Shown here piece by piece: positions 29,021 through 39,000 of a DNA stretch of 64,000 bases. The stretch is from Candidatus Poribacteria bacterium. GTDB taxonomy: Bacteria; Poribacteria; WGA-4E; PCPOR2b. Position 1 is the stretch's first letter. Every line of letters starts with the position of its first letter. The stretch is from NCBI GenBank assembly GCA_965116925.1, contig OZ220744.1, forward strand, positions 3,168,001-3,232,000, read 5' to 3'. The notes under the pieces were generated by a model. That model ran no database searches. It saw nothing but the letters and a program-made list of their open reading frames with translations, and was not told the origin of the DNA. The translations under genes and the position numbers were made by a program.

Positions 29021-29881
29021 CTACCTGATCTCCAAGTCCAAACGAATATTTAACGGCATTGCTGAATGCGTCAACGCACCAACGGAGATAAGGTTTACAC
29101 CCGTCGCCGCAACGGCTTCAACCTGATCTAATGTAATCCCACCTGATGCCTCAGTGAGAACCTCCTCACCAATCTCTCCAACAGCAGCCTTCATAAAATT
29201 GACCGGCATATTGTCGAGCAATATAATATCCGCTCCTGCCGCCTGTGCTTCTTCAACTTGGTCGAGTGTTTCAACTTCAACTTCAATTTGCATTGTGTGA
29301 GGTACAGCCGCCCGCGCTCGTTCGATTGCCTTTGCAACGCCCCCAGCAGCGACGATGTGATTGTCCTTAATCAGGACACCGTCGTAAAGTCCAAAGCGGT
29401 GGTTATGTCCGCCGCCGAGGCGAACCGCGTACTTTTGCAGAACCCGCCAACCAGCCGTTGTCTTTCGCGTATCGATGATTTTAACATCATACTTGGCTGT
29501 AGCAGCGACAAACTGTGCGGTCAATGTGGCAGTTCCCGAAAGACGTTGCAGAAAGTTGAGCGCAATACGTTCACCGGTGAGGATAGATTTCGCGCTCCCT
29601 TCCACTGTCGCTATTGATGTCATGCTTTCAACGCGATCGCCGTCAGTAACAAGCGTCCGAAAATCAAGGTCCGGATCAATCTTTTCAAAAACACGCTGCA
29701 CAATCGGCAGCCCTGCAATCACACCTTCAGTCTCAGTGAGAATTGTGCCTAACCCTCGCTGCAACGGGGAAACTGTGGCTTCGGTCGTAATATCACCAAT
29801 CCCGATATCCTCTGCAAAGGCTAATTCTATGAGCGGATCGATTAAGCGGAAGTTTAGCATTTCAGGCATTCGATTACGCAT
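29021..29881 (-). CDS. nadC: Quinolinate phosphoribosyltransferase
   Basis: EDIGIGDIT; ERIALN; DTRKT; NHRFGL; KDNH; EASGG. Confidence 0.96.
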   Translation of the reverse strand: MRNRMPEMLNFRLIDPLIELAFAEDIGIGDITTEATVSPLQRGLGTILTETEGVIAGLPIVQRVFEKIDPDLDFRTLVTDGDRVESMTSIATVEGSAKSILTGERIALNFLQRLSGTATLTAQFVAATAKYDVKIIDTRKTTAGWRVLQKYAVRLGGGHNHRFGLYDGVLIKDNHIVAAGGVAKAIERARAAVPHTMQIEVEVETLDQVEEAQAAGADIILLDNMPVNFMKAAVGEIGEEVLTEASGGITLDQVEAVAATGVNLISVGALTHSAMPLNIRLDLEIR

Positions 29882-29891
29882 TTGCTTCGTT

Positions 29892-30473
29892 TTAACTCCA
29901 TAATTCTTCGAGCCGAATCACCAATTCCGGGAACAACGATGGATGAAATTCATCGGTGCTAGCATGAGATGTGCAACGACAGTATCCGTCGGATTGCCAA
30001 ATATACGCCTCTAGTGTTTGAGCAGTCGGGTCAATAATCCAATAATGTGAAACTTTGGCTTCTTGATAGATCTTAAATTTCTGATCTCGATCCGTATTGG
30101 CGGTTGATGGAGAAAGGATTTCAACAATTAAATCTGGCGAACCTTGTACGTTTTCCGCTGTGATAATCTGTAGGCGGTCTTTTGAAACAAACAGCAGATC
30201 CGGCTTCACCAAAATTTCGGGATCAGCATTTTCTGGATCAAGAATAACATCAAAAGGTGCGGCGTAGACTTCCCCAAGTTCGTGTTGGGTCACATGGACC
30301 GATAAAATAACGGATAGCCGGATTGAACACCGTTGATGAACCCGATTCGGGGAAGTACGCACAACTAGCTCTCCTTTCAAAATCTCGTACAAATTATCAT
30401 CATCGGGCAATTTCAGGTAGTCGCTGTATCGAAAAGCCTTTGGCAGAGATTGTATAGCTTGGGGCGTACCCAT
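29892..30473 (-). CDS. Uma2-family putative endonuclease (PD-(D/E)XK)
   Basis: KPDLLFV; PDLIVEILSPST; YWIIDP. Confidence 0.9.
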   Translation of the reverse strand: MGTPQAIQSLPKAFRYSDYLKLPDDDNLYEILKGELVVRTSPNRVHQRCSIRLSVILSVHVTQHELGEVYAAPFDVILDPENADPEILVKPDLLFVSKDRLQIITAENVQGSPDLIVEILSPSTANTDRDQKFKIYQEAKVSHYWIIDPTAQTLEAYIWQSDGYCRCTSHASTDEFHPSLFPELVIRLEELWS

Positions 30474-30520
30474 GACAAGCCCCTCCTTCCTCGGTGAATT
30501 GCCTCATCGGTTCGAGCTCT

Positions 30521-30877
30521 TCAAATATACATACCCTGGCGAGGAATCGATTTTTCTTCCGGTTTGCGAATATAGCAGAGGGCATGCTTGAAGATTAAAA
30601 CTTCTGACGCAGGTGCTTCTCCGGAGGTTGTAATACTGATGAGATAAGGGTTCGTCCAGTTAATTTTTCCCTTGACCACACCGTCACCAAGTGTCCCAAA
30701 TTCGAGAACTTCTTCTTTGCTTAACTGGGCTTCAAACTCATCGGTCTCTGATGAAAGCCCCAGTTCTGTATGTAACCGTTGAATCTCTTGTTTGAGTAGA
30801 TTAATATCTTCTCGATTTTGACGAATCTGCGTCTCTAAAACCTCGACATCTGCAAAGCTGATTGCTTCTTTAGGCAT
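30521..30877 (-). CDS. Hfq/Sm-like protein with N-terminal coiled coil
   Basis: GVVKGKINWTNPYLISI (Sm1-like) and VLIFKHAL (Sm2 [YF]KHA). Confidence 0.65.
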   Translation of the reverse strand: MPKEAISFADVEVLETQIRQNREDINLLKQEIQRLHTELGLSSETDEFEAQLSKEEVLEFGTLGDGVVKGKINWTNPYLISITTSGEAPASEVLIFKHALCYIRKPEEKSIPRQGMYI

Positions 30878-30989
30878 TGCGCGTCAGTGCCCTCCAGCGG
30901 TTAATTGATGCTTGTTGATTATCGAACCAAGCCGTGATATAGATCTGACAGTGCCATACCACAATGGTTTGTCGCGGAAGCAGAAACAA

Positions 30990-31018
30990 AGAATAGCATC
31001 TCAAGAGATCCTTGTCAA
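30990..31018 (-). promoter_or_regulatory. Sigma-70 promoter for the Hfq-like/Uma2/nadC run
   Basis: Minus strand TTGACA-17 bp-TATTCT with TG extension. Confidence 0.6.
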
Positions 31019-31168
31019 GGGTTTTTAATCTATCTCCGTAGACAGGGCATCTGGTCTCCCCGCCATAGCCCTGACTGGGAGATCGGGTTACGGGGTGTTA
31101 GATGACCCTAATCAAGAGACGTGAGCGGTGCTATTTGAAACCTGTCGTCAAATACTGGATTTTTTTCT

Positions 31169-31477
31169 CAGGGGCATTTATAGTGAATTCAAAAAATAAA
31201 GAAACACTTGTGCCCCCCATGTTTGGTAGGCGCTGTTTCCAACTGCGCCGGTTCGGAGTGTCCCATTAATTCTAAAATCTACTATAGTTTTCGCTTTTTG
31301 ACCGTTCGGGCTGACTCGAACCCGTAAGCGAGGCATCTGGTTTCCTCACCGTTTGTAGTAGCGCAATTCATTGCGCGTTCTTATGCCAACTGTCGATAGC
31401 ATCTTTTATCCGTGTAATCGGTTAATCCGCGTCTATCCGTGATTCAGACAATAATAGGGGAGAATTAAATGACCCTA
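31169..31477. mobile_element. Composite MITE (family D shell + family A at 31179-31286)
   Basis: Same architecture as 4478-4803; T-rich 9-bp near-duplication on the flanks. Confidence 0.75.
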
Positions 31478-31485
31478 TTTTTTCC

Positions 31486-31514
31486 TTGATAAGCGTTGCC
31501 GATCTTGTTACAAT
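31486..31514 (+). promoter_or_regulatory. Sigma-70 promoter
   Basis: TTGATA-17 bp-TACAAT with TG extension. Confidence 0.6.
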
Positions 31515-31557
31515 GAAAGACATTTCAAAGTGGCAATTCAACTAGGAGGAAAATAAC

Positions 31558-31830
31558 ATGGGCGAAGCATTAGGATTGATTGAAACAAGAGGTTTAGTTG
31601 GTGCAATCGAAGCAGCAGATGCGATGGTCAAAGCTGCCAACGTAACGCTCGTTAGCAAAGAAGAGATTGGCGGTGGTTTGGTTACCGTCATGGTTCGTGG
31701 TGATGTTGGGGCGGTTCAAGCCGCCGTGGAAGCCGGTGCTGAAGCCGCAAAGGTTGTCGGTGAATTAATCTCTGTGCACGTCATTCCGCGTCCCCACGCA
31801 GAAGTTGAAAATATGTTGACTCGTGGATAA
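31558..31830 (+). CDS. BMC-H shell protein (PduA/EutM-like)
   Basis: [33 protein letters not shown]. Confidence 0.95.
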   Translation: MGEALGLIETRGLVGAIEAADAMVKAANVTLVSKEEIGGGLVTVMVRGDVGAVQAAVEAGAEAAKVVGELISVHVIPRPHAEVENMLTRG

Positions 31831-31952
31831 CTGTCATCCCGAACCCTTCGGCTAGTTCAGGACAGGTGCCCAGTCGATCTGTGCCACAAAGATTGAGAAT
31901 TCGTAGCAGCAGCCTGAGTTTCCTAGCCGCACTATAGATCAAGGAGGTCCGC

Positions 31953-33383
31953 ATGGCAGAAATCAACGAAGCACAGATTGAGGAGATTGTTGCACAAGTT
32001 ATCAGGAATCTTCAGAATGATGGGCAACGCTTATCGACAACGACGCCTCAACCCGCAGCTCCCAGTGCGTCCGATACGGGGATCTTTTCCACCGTAGACG
32101 AAGCAATTGCCGCTGCCAAAGCCGCACAGGTGGAATTCGTGAAACTCGGCTTTGCCAAACGTCGGGAAATCATTGCAGCGATTAGGGAAACCTCGCTTGA
32201 GCATTCGCGATCTCTCGCGGAACTCGCTGTCGAAGACACCCAAATGGGAGTTGTCGAGCATAAGGTGATGAAAAATGATGGTGGGGCAAACCTTTCGCCC
32301 GGCGTAGAGGATTTGAGTTCGGAGGCAACAACTGGGGACACCGGGCTGCTGCTTGTAGAATACCTTCCCTTTGGGGTGATTAATTCAATCACGCCGACCA
32401 CGAATCCGACATCAACCGTCATCAACCACGCAATCATTATGCTCTCAGCTGGAAATTCGGTTGTATTCAGTCCACACCCAAATGCGCAGAGATGCACACA
32501 GGAGACGATGAAGGCCATCAACGCGGCGGTTGTCAAAGCGGGAGGACCTCCCAATATGCTCACTGCCGTTGCAGAGGCGACACTGCGACGGGCAAAGGAG
32601 ATTATGGATCACGCGGATATCGCGATGGTCGTTGCCACAGGCGGCGGCAGCGTCGTGAGAGCCGCGCTTACCAGCGGCAAGAAGGCGATCGCAGCGGGGC
32701 CCGGCAATCCACCGGCGATCATCGACGAAACCGCAAACTTGGCGAAAGCAGCGAAAAATGTTATCATCGGAAACAGTTTTGACAACAACCTACTCTGCAT
32801 CGGCGAAAAAGCCCTCTTTGTCGTTGAATCTGTCGCTGAGGAAGTTATCCGTGAGCTGCAAAACAGCGGCGGTTACTTGACCGATCCACGTGAACGGCAA
32901 GCTGTCGAAAATGTCGTCAGCCAAGATGGCGATCCCAACATTGACTATATCGGTAAAGATGCGAGCGTTATTCTTGATGCAGCAGGCATACGAGCGCAAA
33001 CAGGGACGGTTTCCGTCGTTGTTGAAGTCCCCGGCGACCATACCTTCGTAATTGACGAATACCTGATGCCGGTGCTTCCAGTGGTTCGGGTGCGCGACTT
33101 TGATGAAGCGTTGAAAGGTGCCTTGGCAGCAGATGGAGGACGTGGACATACTGCAATGCTCCACACCAATAACAGTGCACGAATCACACAATTTACACAG
33201 GCGATGAACTGCAATGTTACCGTTGTGAACGCACCATCCTACGCTTGCGCTGGAATTGATGGTGAGGGATTCCTCGCGATGACGATTGCGGGGCCCACCG
33301 GCGAAGGATTTACGCGTCCACGCACTTTCACCCGTCAGCAGCGATTAACCGTTGCAGGAGAGTTGTCCGCTCATACTTTATGA
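31953..33383 (+). CDS. CoA-acylating aldehyde dehydrogenase (EutE/PduP family) with encapsulation peptide
   Basis: QIEEIVAQVIRNL plus Pro/Ser linker; PTTNP; ATGG; AGPGNPP; FDNNLLCIGEK; PTGEG. Confidence 0.92.
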   Translation: MAEINEAQIEEIVAQVIRNLQNDGQRLSTTTPQPAAPSASDTGIFSTVDEAIAAAKAAQVEFVKLGFAKRREIIAAIRETSLEHSRSLAELAVEDTQMGVVEHKVMKNDGGANLSPGVEDLSSEATTGDTGLLLVEYLPFGVINSITPTTNPTSTVINHAIIMLSAGNSVVFSPHPNAQRCTQETMKAINAAVVKAGGPPNMLTAVAEATLRRAKEIMDHADIAMVVATGGGSVVRAALTSGKKAIAAGPGNPPAIIDETANLAKAAKNVIIGNSFDNNLLCIGEKALFVVESVAEEVIRELQNSGGYLTDPRERQAVENVVSQDGDPNIDYIGKDASVILDAAGIRAQTGTVSVVVEVPGDHTFVIDEYLMPVLPVVRVRDFDEALKGALAADGGRGHTAMLHTNNSARITQFTQAMNCNVTVVNAPSYACAGIDGEGFLAMTIAGPTGEGFTRPRTFTRQQRLTVAGELSAHTL

Positions 33384-33612
33384 GGGGTATAGATGATGCA
33401 AATCTTCACTATTTTCCTCCTAATTGGACTGGCAATATGCCAATCGGGACGTGTCGAAACCGTGTCCTTACTCTCCGACGCGAAGGGCGGCCCCGCATCC
33501 GCTGAAGCGACTGATAATTTTGTTCCAGACCCATCCAAGAAATAGAAGAACTCTTCCACCAGAAACAGTACCACAGCCTCATCGAAGATTATGACGATCT
33601 GCATAAGGGCTC

Positions 33613-34273
33613 CTGTAGGTCGATTTTCCAAAATCGACACTCTTTCATAGGCACAGGTTTCCAACCTGTACTTGCCCACAGGTAGGCGCGGTTCCCTAAC
33701 CGCACCGCATTCACTCAAACCCGGTAGGTGCGGTTTCCAACCGCACGGTTCTTCGTAGGGGTTGGGTTTCCCAACCCTTTGTTCACACACCAGAGACGAC
33801 TTCGGACTTCTGTAGGTCGATTTTCCAAAATCGACACTCTTTCGTAGGCACAGGTTTCCAACCTGTACTTGCCCACAGGTAGGCGCGGTTCCCTAACCGC
33901 ACCGCATTCACTCAAACCCGGTAGGTGCGGTTTCCAACCGCACGGTTCTTCGTAGGGGTTGGGTTTCCCAACCCTTTGTTCACACACCAGAGACGACTTC
34001 GGACTTCTGTAGGTCGATTTTCCAAAATCGACACTCTTTCGTAGGCACAGGTTTCCAACCTGTACTTGCCCACAGGTAGGCGCGGTTCCCTAACCGCACC
34101 GCATTCACTCAAACCCGGTAGGTGCGGTTTCCAACCGCACGGTTCTTCGTAGGGGTTGGGTTTCCCAACCCTTTGTTCACACACCAGAGACGACTTCGGA
34201 CTTCTGTAGGTCGATTTTCCAAAATCGACACTCTTTCGTAGGCACAGGTTTCCAACCTGTACTTGCCCACAGG
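33613..34273 (+). repeat. Tandem array of about 3.3 x 197 bp, five different GTAG hairpins per unit
   Basis: Units start at 33614, 33811, 34008, 34205; one difference noticed (33647). Confidence 0.95.
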
Positions 34274-34365
34274 ACAGGCTTTGCGCCACTCCGAGTGTTC
34301 AACTGCCTAACCTCTATAACAGATGCAATTGCCCTAAACCCCAATATGAAATTAAGGAGACATAA

Positions 34366-35595
34366 ATGGAAAAACTCGCCATCCACGGTGGACCCAAGGT
34401 AAGAACCGAACCCTTCCCAGAACGCACCCCGTTCGGTGAACGTGAGGAAGAACTCCTACTTCAGGCGGTGCGGAGTCAAACCCTCTTTGTCAAAAGTGGA
34501 ACTTTCGTCAAAGAACTGGAAAAGGAATTCGCCGCGTTTTACGGCACACAACACGCACAAGCATCAACGAGCGGAACCGCCGCCATCCACACCGCGGTCG
34601 GCGTCGTCAATCCGAACCCCGGCGACGAAATCATCACCGCGCCAATCACCGATCCCGGCAGCGTTATGCCAATCCTCATGCAGAACGCCGTACCCATCTT
34701 CGCCGATGTGGATCCCAAGACGCTGAACATGACCCCTGAATCCATCGAGGCGAACATCACCGACCGCACCCGCGCCATTATTCTAGTACATCTTTTCGGT
34801 CACCCCTGCGACATTGACGAAGTAATGAAAATCGCCGAAAAGCATAACCTCATCCTAATCGAAGACTGCTGCCAGACCCATGCAACGAAATACAAGGGAC
34901 GCTATGCCGGGACATTTGGTCACATGGGCTGCTTCAGCTTTCAGCAATCGAAACACATGACCACAGGCGATGGCGGGATGATCCTGACCAACGATGAGGA
35001 AACCTATATCCGTCTGAAACTCTTTTCGGACAAAGGCTGGGACTATCAATACATGGGAGAGCGCGACCACGCCTTCCTCGCACCCAACTACCGCATGACA
35101 GAGATGCAGGGGGCTGTTGGATTGGCGCAACTTGAGAAGCTACGGGAAGTTGTCGAACGGCGAATCGTGCTCGGCAGGTTACTCTCCGAACTGATTGCCG
35201 ACGCACCCGGCGTTGAGGCTGTTCCACTGCCAACCGACCGCGAGGTCTCTTGGTGGAACTACATCTTCCACGTCACCGGACACGCCCCCGACGAATTCTG
35301 TAAAGCCGTCTCCGCTGAAGGTGTCTCAATGGCCGCCCATTACATCCAGGACCCAATCTATATGCGCGGCGACTTCCTGACAAAAGGACGCACCTACGGC
35401 GACAGTCAATTCCCGTTTAACAGTCCCTACATCAGCCGAGAATACCATTACGGGCCCGAACTCGTCCCCGGCGCAGTCGAAGGTTTGGGATCGGTCGTCG
35501 TCCGCGGCATCCACGAACACATGAGCGAAGACGACATTCGGGACATCGCTAAGGCAATCAACAAAGCGGCACACGGTCTAACCGAATCGGCGTAA
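34366..35595 (+). CDS. DegT/DnrJ/EryC1/StrS PLP-dependent aminotransferase
   Basis: SGTAAIH; VHLFG; IEDCCQ; FSFQQSKHMTTGDGG; NYRM. Confidence 0.93.
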   Translation: MEKLAIHGGPKVRTEPFPERTPFGEREEELLLQAVRSQTLFVKSGTFVKELEKEFAAFYGTQHAQASTSGTAAIHTAVGVVNPNPGDEIITAPITDPGSVMPILMQNAVPIFADVDPKTLNMTPESIEANITDRTRAIILVHLFGHPCDIDEVMKIAEKHNLILIEDCCQTHATKYKGRYAGTFGHMGCFSFQQSKHMTTGDGGMILTNDEETYIRLKLFSDKGWDYQYMGERDHAFLAPNYRMTEMQGAVGLAQLEKLREVVERRIVLGRLLSELIADAPGVEAVPLPTDREVSWWNYIFHVTGHAPDEFCKAVSAEGVSMAAHYIQDPIYMRGDFLTKGRTYGDSQFPFNSPYISREYHYGPELVPGAVEGLGSVVVRGIHEHMSEDDIRDIAKAINKAAHGLTESA

Positions 35596-35857
35596 TTCGT
35601 AGGGAACGGAGATCTCCGTTCCCTCCATTTTGTAGGTCGAGATTCATATCTCGACACCGATCGAAATGTTAGTTTTTGAAAATCTGAATTTGCTGTAAAG
35701 CCCCAGCGGGGCGACATGTATATAGAAACGCCGAAGTCCCACACCCCTAAGCCCCAGCGGGGCGACATGTGTATAGAATGAAACTACGTCCGTTTTCTGT
35801 AGGAGGGAATTCTAATTCCCGACTATTGCATTGATTCATGATGCCTGATCTATCAGC

Positions 35858-36001
35858 TATGGTGGATTCTTAAAATATGGTGGATTCTTAAAATAAATAG
35901 ACGCTTTCGCCCCCCATGTTTGGTAGGCACTGTTTCCAACTGCGCCGGTTTTGAGTGTCTCATTAATTCTAAGGTCCACTATAATTCTAAAATCTACTAT
36001 A
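35858..36001. mobile_element. Family A MITE with both 18-bp ends doubled
   Basis: TATGGTGGATTCTTAAAA at 35858 and 35876; right ends at 35983 and 36001. Confidence 0.75.
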
Positions 36002-36032
36002 ACAACTTGCGTTATATTGATAAGGAAACACA

Positions 36033-39000
36033 ATGCGTACTTTGATCATAGTAATATTGATCGGGGTTTTCGGCCTGTGTTATTTTGAAATGACTTTTGC
36101 TGATATCACCATTGACGGTGAAACCGTCCACGTCGAAACCGATGCTTACACTGTCCAATTTGACCGCGGTGTGATTACCCATCTCCATAACAAACTTACC
36201 GCCGAGACCTACACCCTACCTGAGATAGAATTCAGAGCGCAGACCGGTATCTTGAGGAGACAACACGGACACATCTGGACAAGAGACATGACCGCAACAG
36301 AGGCCAGAAAAACAGGACAGGACAGTGCCACACTCCTATTCCGTCGGGGTGGAAACGAAATTACCCTCACCATTGAAGTAGAAGCACACACCGGCGACCT
36401 ACTCATCGGAGGGAACGCAGTATCCGATATCCCTGGCGTCTACGGCTTTCAGTGGGGTTGCGGCGATCTAGATATCCAAAACCTAGAACTCATTCTTCCC
36501 GCCCGCGGTGGACAAGTCATTAACGATTCCTCCCCAATCACCAACAAAGGATTCAATTATCCCGGACGTTGGGAAGCACAACTCGCCATTATCCAAGGTG
36601 AACGCGGCGGATTTTATATCCGCGGAACAGATGAAACCTTCCAGTTCAAAAGGCTGGATTGCCAAAAAGATAGCGAGAACCTCGCGCTCGGTTTCCAGAC
36701 CCACAACCAAGCCCCCTGGGACACGCTCACCACTGCACAGTCTGTGATATGGCGATTGAACACCTACGTCGGGGACTGGCGTGTTCCTGCACAAATTTAC
36801 CGCGACTGGATGGAACGAACCTTCAACCCGTGGCGGTTATCAGACATGCCCACGTGGGTTCAGGACATCGGCTTGGTTGTTAATGGTTCTTTGGACACCG
36901 AATCCTTAGATCGACTTACAGAACTGATTGATCCAACCAAAACGTTGCTCTATCTGGTCGGTTGGCGCAAAAATGGATACGATCAGAATTATCCCGATTA
37001 TACCGCAGAAGAAGGGTTTGGCGACTTTGTTGAATACGCGCATCAACATGGGTTTCGGGTCATGCTGCATGTCAACCTTGTCGGGATATCCCCCTATCAT
37101 CCCCTCTACCCCGAATTTCAGCCTTTTCAATTCCGAGATCCTTGGAGTGAAGAACCCATCGGGTGGAAGTGGGATGAAATAGGCAATCCGAAACGTCATG
37201 CCTGGATAAATAACGCCAGTTCTAAATTCAGGAATCTCCTCGTCCAACGACTTAAAGAAGTATGGGAGAAATACAGGGTAGATGCCTTCCACCTCGACAT
37301 CAGCCATGTCGTCGAGAATGACGCAAGCGGCTTAATCGACGGATTAAATTCAGCGCAAGGCAATGTGCAGATGCACTTGGAATTGGCAGAGGCTATGCCC
37401 GGCGTTGTTTTCAGTGGCGAACATCTTCACGAAGCCACCTTCTTCCGTGAGAACTTCGCCCAACGTTGGAAACTGTCCCCCGAATCAACACCCCATCCTA
37501 TAAGCGCATTCCTATTTTCTCCTTACACCCGTCCCTACGGCTATCTCGGACTCCCTTCTCCGGAGAATAATCCACTGGGTTATCAAGATTATCTTAATTC
37601 CTATGAGGTTTGGGGCGTATTGCCAACTGTTCAGGCGGGATTGAGCGTGCTGAATGGACGGCTTACTCAGCAGATACTCGCTGTTGCCCATCAGTGGCAG
37701 GAACTTGGCTTAAGACCTGACTTTGCATCCGATTGGGATCCCAACACCCTGTTCCAATACACGACCCGAGATGGTGAAACCGTAACCTATCAACGCACAC
37801 CTACAGGTTCCACTCTCATCTTGCCCCAAGACGGTGGATATGAGCGCGTCTACGGTGTTACAGAGGTGCAAACACATCGAAGCCTTCCCCACTGGCGTGC
37901 CTACAACGAGACAACTATCCTCGGCTTAGATCCAAGCAAATACTATTTCCTTGACAACACGCACCGTGACTTTTCCCAGCCGCATCTTAACGCCCTGCCA
38001 CCGGGGGTTACCGTAACTGAAACCCGCGTCACCGAAAACGCTGCCCTCTTTGGACTTGAAAAAACCAATGTTTCACTCGAAATCGATCTATTGTCAAAAC
38101 TCCATCTAGCAAGAACCGGAATTGTTATCAATGGTGCAGAATTGCCCCTACAACGAGGAGCAACCTTCAGACACTCACAAAGCACGCTCTCTGGTGTCAC
38201 CAAACCTGCGGTTCATGCACATCCCTTTTACCAAGATGGTAGCGGGGACACATTCGGAGAATTTACACTCCCGCTGCCAGATAGCCCCGATATTCGTCTC
38301 AATTTTTATATCGGTTTGTGGGAAGGTTCCGAAAGATCTGATGGAGTTACCTTCATTGTCTCCGTCCAAGACGAAGAGATTTTTCGTCAACACTACAACC
38401 AACAAAGCTGGCAGCTCGTAACCCTTAATTTGTCTCCTTATCAAGGCAAACTTGTCAAACTCCGCTTTACTACCACCCCAGGACCAAATGGCAATGCCAG
38501 TTGGGATTGGGCGGTGTGGGGCGAACCCAAAATCATCTCTAAACCTGATAACTCACCCATAAAAGTCGGCTTTTTCTCTCCGATTGAACCCATATCGAGC
38601 GTCCCTGATACACTGAGCTATATCGGTAGTGGACACTATACCCTCGAAGCCGTACTCCCCGCACAGCTCCTCTTTTTTCTCGACCCCGGTCAACTAGTCG
38701 TGCCACCTTACAATCTCAGAGATGCTCAATTCACCGCCGGACTCCAATTTGATAGCATCTTTCGACTCGGAAGTGTATACAGGTCAGGCAACCGCACAAC
38801 TGTTGAAAATCTTAACGGAGAACGCAAGCCGAGCATCTTTGCACATCCTCCTACAAATGGGCAGACTATTCTCCAGTTTCCACTCCACCTCCCTCAATCC
38901 CCAAGACTAATCTTCTCCTTCTCAATGGTACTACAGGACAACCCTTGTAGCAATGGGGTTCTCTTTCGGGTCCTCCTCAACGGGCAAAACCGATTTGAAC

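Noticed and set aside
20699..30877. PolX, Uma2 and Hfq-like genes as one defence system
   Set aside because: Separated by unrelated metabolic genes; each commonly occurs alone
33613..34273. CRISPR array
   Set aside because: Whole 197-bp units are near-identical, there are no unique spacers, and no cas genes are present
33371..34386. Minus-strand ORFs sharing identical peptides
   Set aside because: Translations of the tandem repeat
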